Below, one piece after another: positions 31,287-32,480 of a stretch of DNA of 32,480 bases; positions within the stretch are counted from its first letter, which is position 1, and each line of letters opens with the position of its first letter. The notes beneath the pieces were generated by a model. That model saw only the letters and a list, made by a program, of their open reading frames with translations, did not search any database and was not told where the DNA came from. Both the position numbers and the translations under genes were made by a program. Source of the DNA: an uncultured Syntrophobacterales bacterium (GTDB lineage Bacteria; Desulfobacterota; Syntrophobacteria; BM002); assembly GCA_965603145.1 (NCBI GenBank), contig CBFDBW010000001.1, positions 1 to 32,480 of the forward strand. Direction: 5' to 3'.

Positions 31287-32444
31287 ATGATGTTCGAGTT
31301 TGTTGAAAGTGACAACGGAGCCACGATCAAAGTGATAGGCATAGGTGGTGGTGGCGGTAACGCTATCAACAATATGATCAACGCCAGTCTGATGGGAGTT
31401 GATTTCATCGCCGCTAACACCGACGCCCAGGCCCTGGAAGTTTCCAAGGCTCACACCAAGCTCCAACTGGGAGCCAACATTACCAAGGGGCTTGGAGCCG
31501 GGGCCAACCCCGAGGTCGGTCGCAGTGCCGCTCTGGAGGACGCTGACAAGATTCGGCAGGCCTTGGATGGCACTGACATGGTCTTCGTGACTGCCGGACT
31601 GGGCGGAGGCACCGGGACTGGTGGTGCACCGGTAGTTGCTCAGATCGCCAAGGAAATCGGAGCGCTCACCGTGGCAGTGGTGACCAAACCATTCAACTTT
31701 GAAGGACGTCAGCGCATGAAGACGGCCGACAAAGGTATCAAAGAGCTCCAGGAGACGGTGGATACCATCATTACAATTCCCAACAACCGTCTTTTGAGCC
31801 TGGCGGCAAAAAAGGCGACTTTCCTGGAAATGCTAAAAAAAGCGGACGACGTGCTGCTCTTTGCCGTGAAGGGCATCTCCGATCTCATCACCGTCCCGGG
31901 CTTGATCAATCTAGATTTTGCCGATGTCAGGACAATCATGAGTGAGATGGGTATGGCTTTGATGGGCACCGGCATGTCTAGTGGTGAAGATCGGGCCACT
32001 GAGGCGGCTCAGAAAGCCATTTCCAGTCCTCTGTTGGAGGATGTGTCCATAAGCGGTGCCAAGGGTGTGCTCATGAACATCAGCAGCGGACTGGACCTCA
32101 CCATCGACGAGGTTCAAGAGGCATCATCACTGATCCAGAAAGAGGCCCACCAAGATGCCAATATTATCTGGGGCACGGTGCTGGATCAGAGAGCTGGTGA
32201 CGAATTGAGGGTTACCGTTATCGCCACCGGAATCGGTGAAGTCGACGTCAGACCCAAACCCGACTTGGGAGTTATCCAAGGGTCTCGCCGTGACGACGAC
32301 CTGGAAATTCCCACCTTCTTGCGCCATAATAGGAGGATTGAGGATAACGCGACTGAACACAGCCGCCCCATGAGTTACAAAGATCTTCCCATAGACGAGG
32401 ACGAGCTGGAAATCCCAACCTTTCTCCGACGGCAGGCCGACTGA
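31287..32444 (+). CDS. ftsZ: Cell division GTPase FtsZ, 385 aa, with a duplicated C-terminal conserved peptide
   Basis: Tubulin signature [10 protein letters not shown] and NAINNMI. SD AGGAGG lies upstream. The C-terminus carries [15 protein letters not shown] and [16 protein letters not shown]. Confidence 0.95.
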   Translation: MMFEFVESDNGATIKVIGIGGGGGNAINNMINASLMGVDFIAANTDAQALEVSKAHTKLQLGANITKGLGAGANPEVGRSAALEDADKIRQALDGTDMVFVTAGLGGGTGTGGAPVVAQIAKEIGALTVAVVTKPFNFEGRQRMKTADKGIKELQETVDTIITIPNNRLLSLAAKKATFLEMLKKADDVLLFAVKGISDLITVPGLINLDFADVRTIMSEMGMALMGTGMSSGEDRATEAAQKAISSPLLEDVSISGAKGVLMNISSGLDLTIDEVQEASSLIQKEAHQDANIIWGTVLDQRAGDELRVTVIATGIGEVDVRPKPDLGVIQGSRRDDDLEIPTFLRHNRRIEDNATEHSRPMSYKDLPIDEDELEIPTFLRRQAD

Positions 32445-32480
32445 GGCGGGATTATTTCGGCTGATACCGGCCGTCGCTTG

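Overview
This window looks like core chromosome from an anaerobic Gram-negative bacterium. A Desulfobacterota / delta-proteobacterium-like lineage fits best, inferred only from an AhbA/B-type siroheme decarboxylase next to hemL, a Rex repressor, a split atpZ-atpI-atpB-atpE F0 operon, and gene order. No database search was possible, so all family calls rest on motifs I recognise.

Layout:
- Bases 1-10130, mostly minus strand: uvrA (3' part, plus strand), a PilZ protein, rex, atpE-atpB-atpI-atpZ, hemL, a siroheme decarboxylase and a ClC-CBS channel.
- Bases 10131-15902: an unannotated 42-aa Cys-rich ORF, a stand-alone DUF2156 (MprF C-domain/FemX-like) protein, ald, an ATP-grasp ligase translationally coupled to a CobB sirtuin, and mltG.
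- Bases 16039-32444: the dcw division/cell-wall cluster with its promoter and a phased MraZ operator, in the order mraZ-rsmH-ftsL-ftsI-murE-murF-murD-ftsW-murC-murB-ftsQ-ftsA-(39-aa TM ORF)-ftsZ.

I saw no tRNA or rRNA genes, CRISPR array, transposase, integrase, prophage or recognisable defence genes. This is mostly an ordinary housekeeping region.

Points worth a second look:
1. The dcw cluster lacks mraY and murG (and ddl) at their canonical slots.
2. Most loosely spaced cistron junctions carry quasi-palindromic repeats whose arms are phased 7-8 bp arrays. Family 1 has 3 full or short copies plus 1 partial copy, and family 2 has 2 copies. Some overlap stop codons or supply the start codons of murF and murB.
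3. There are two well-signalled small ORFs below the ORF-track cutoff.
4. FtsZ carries two complete copies of its C-terminal docking peptide.
5. There are long structured noncoding gaps between mraZ and rsmH, murF and murD, and rex and the PilZ gene.
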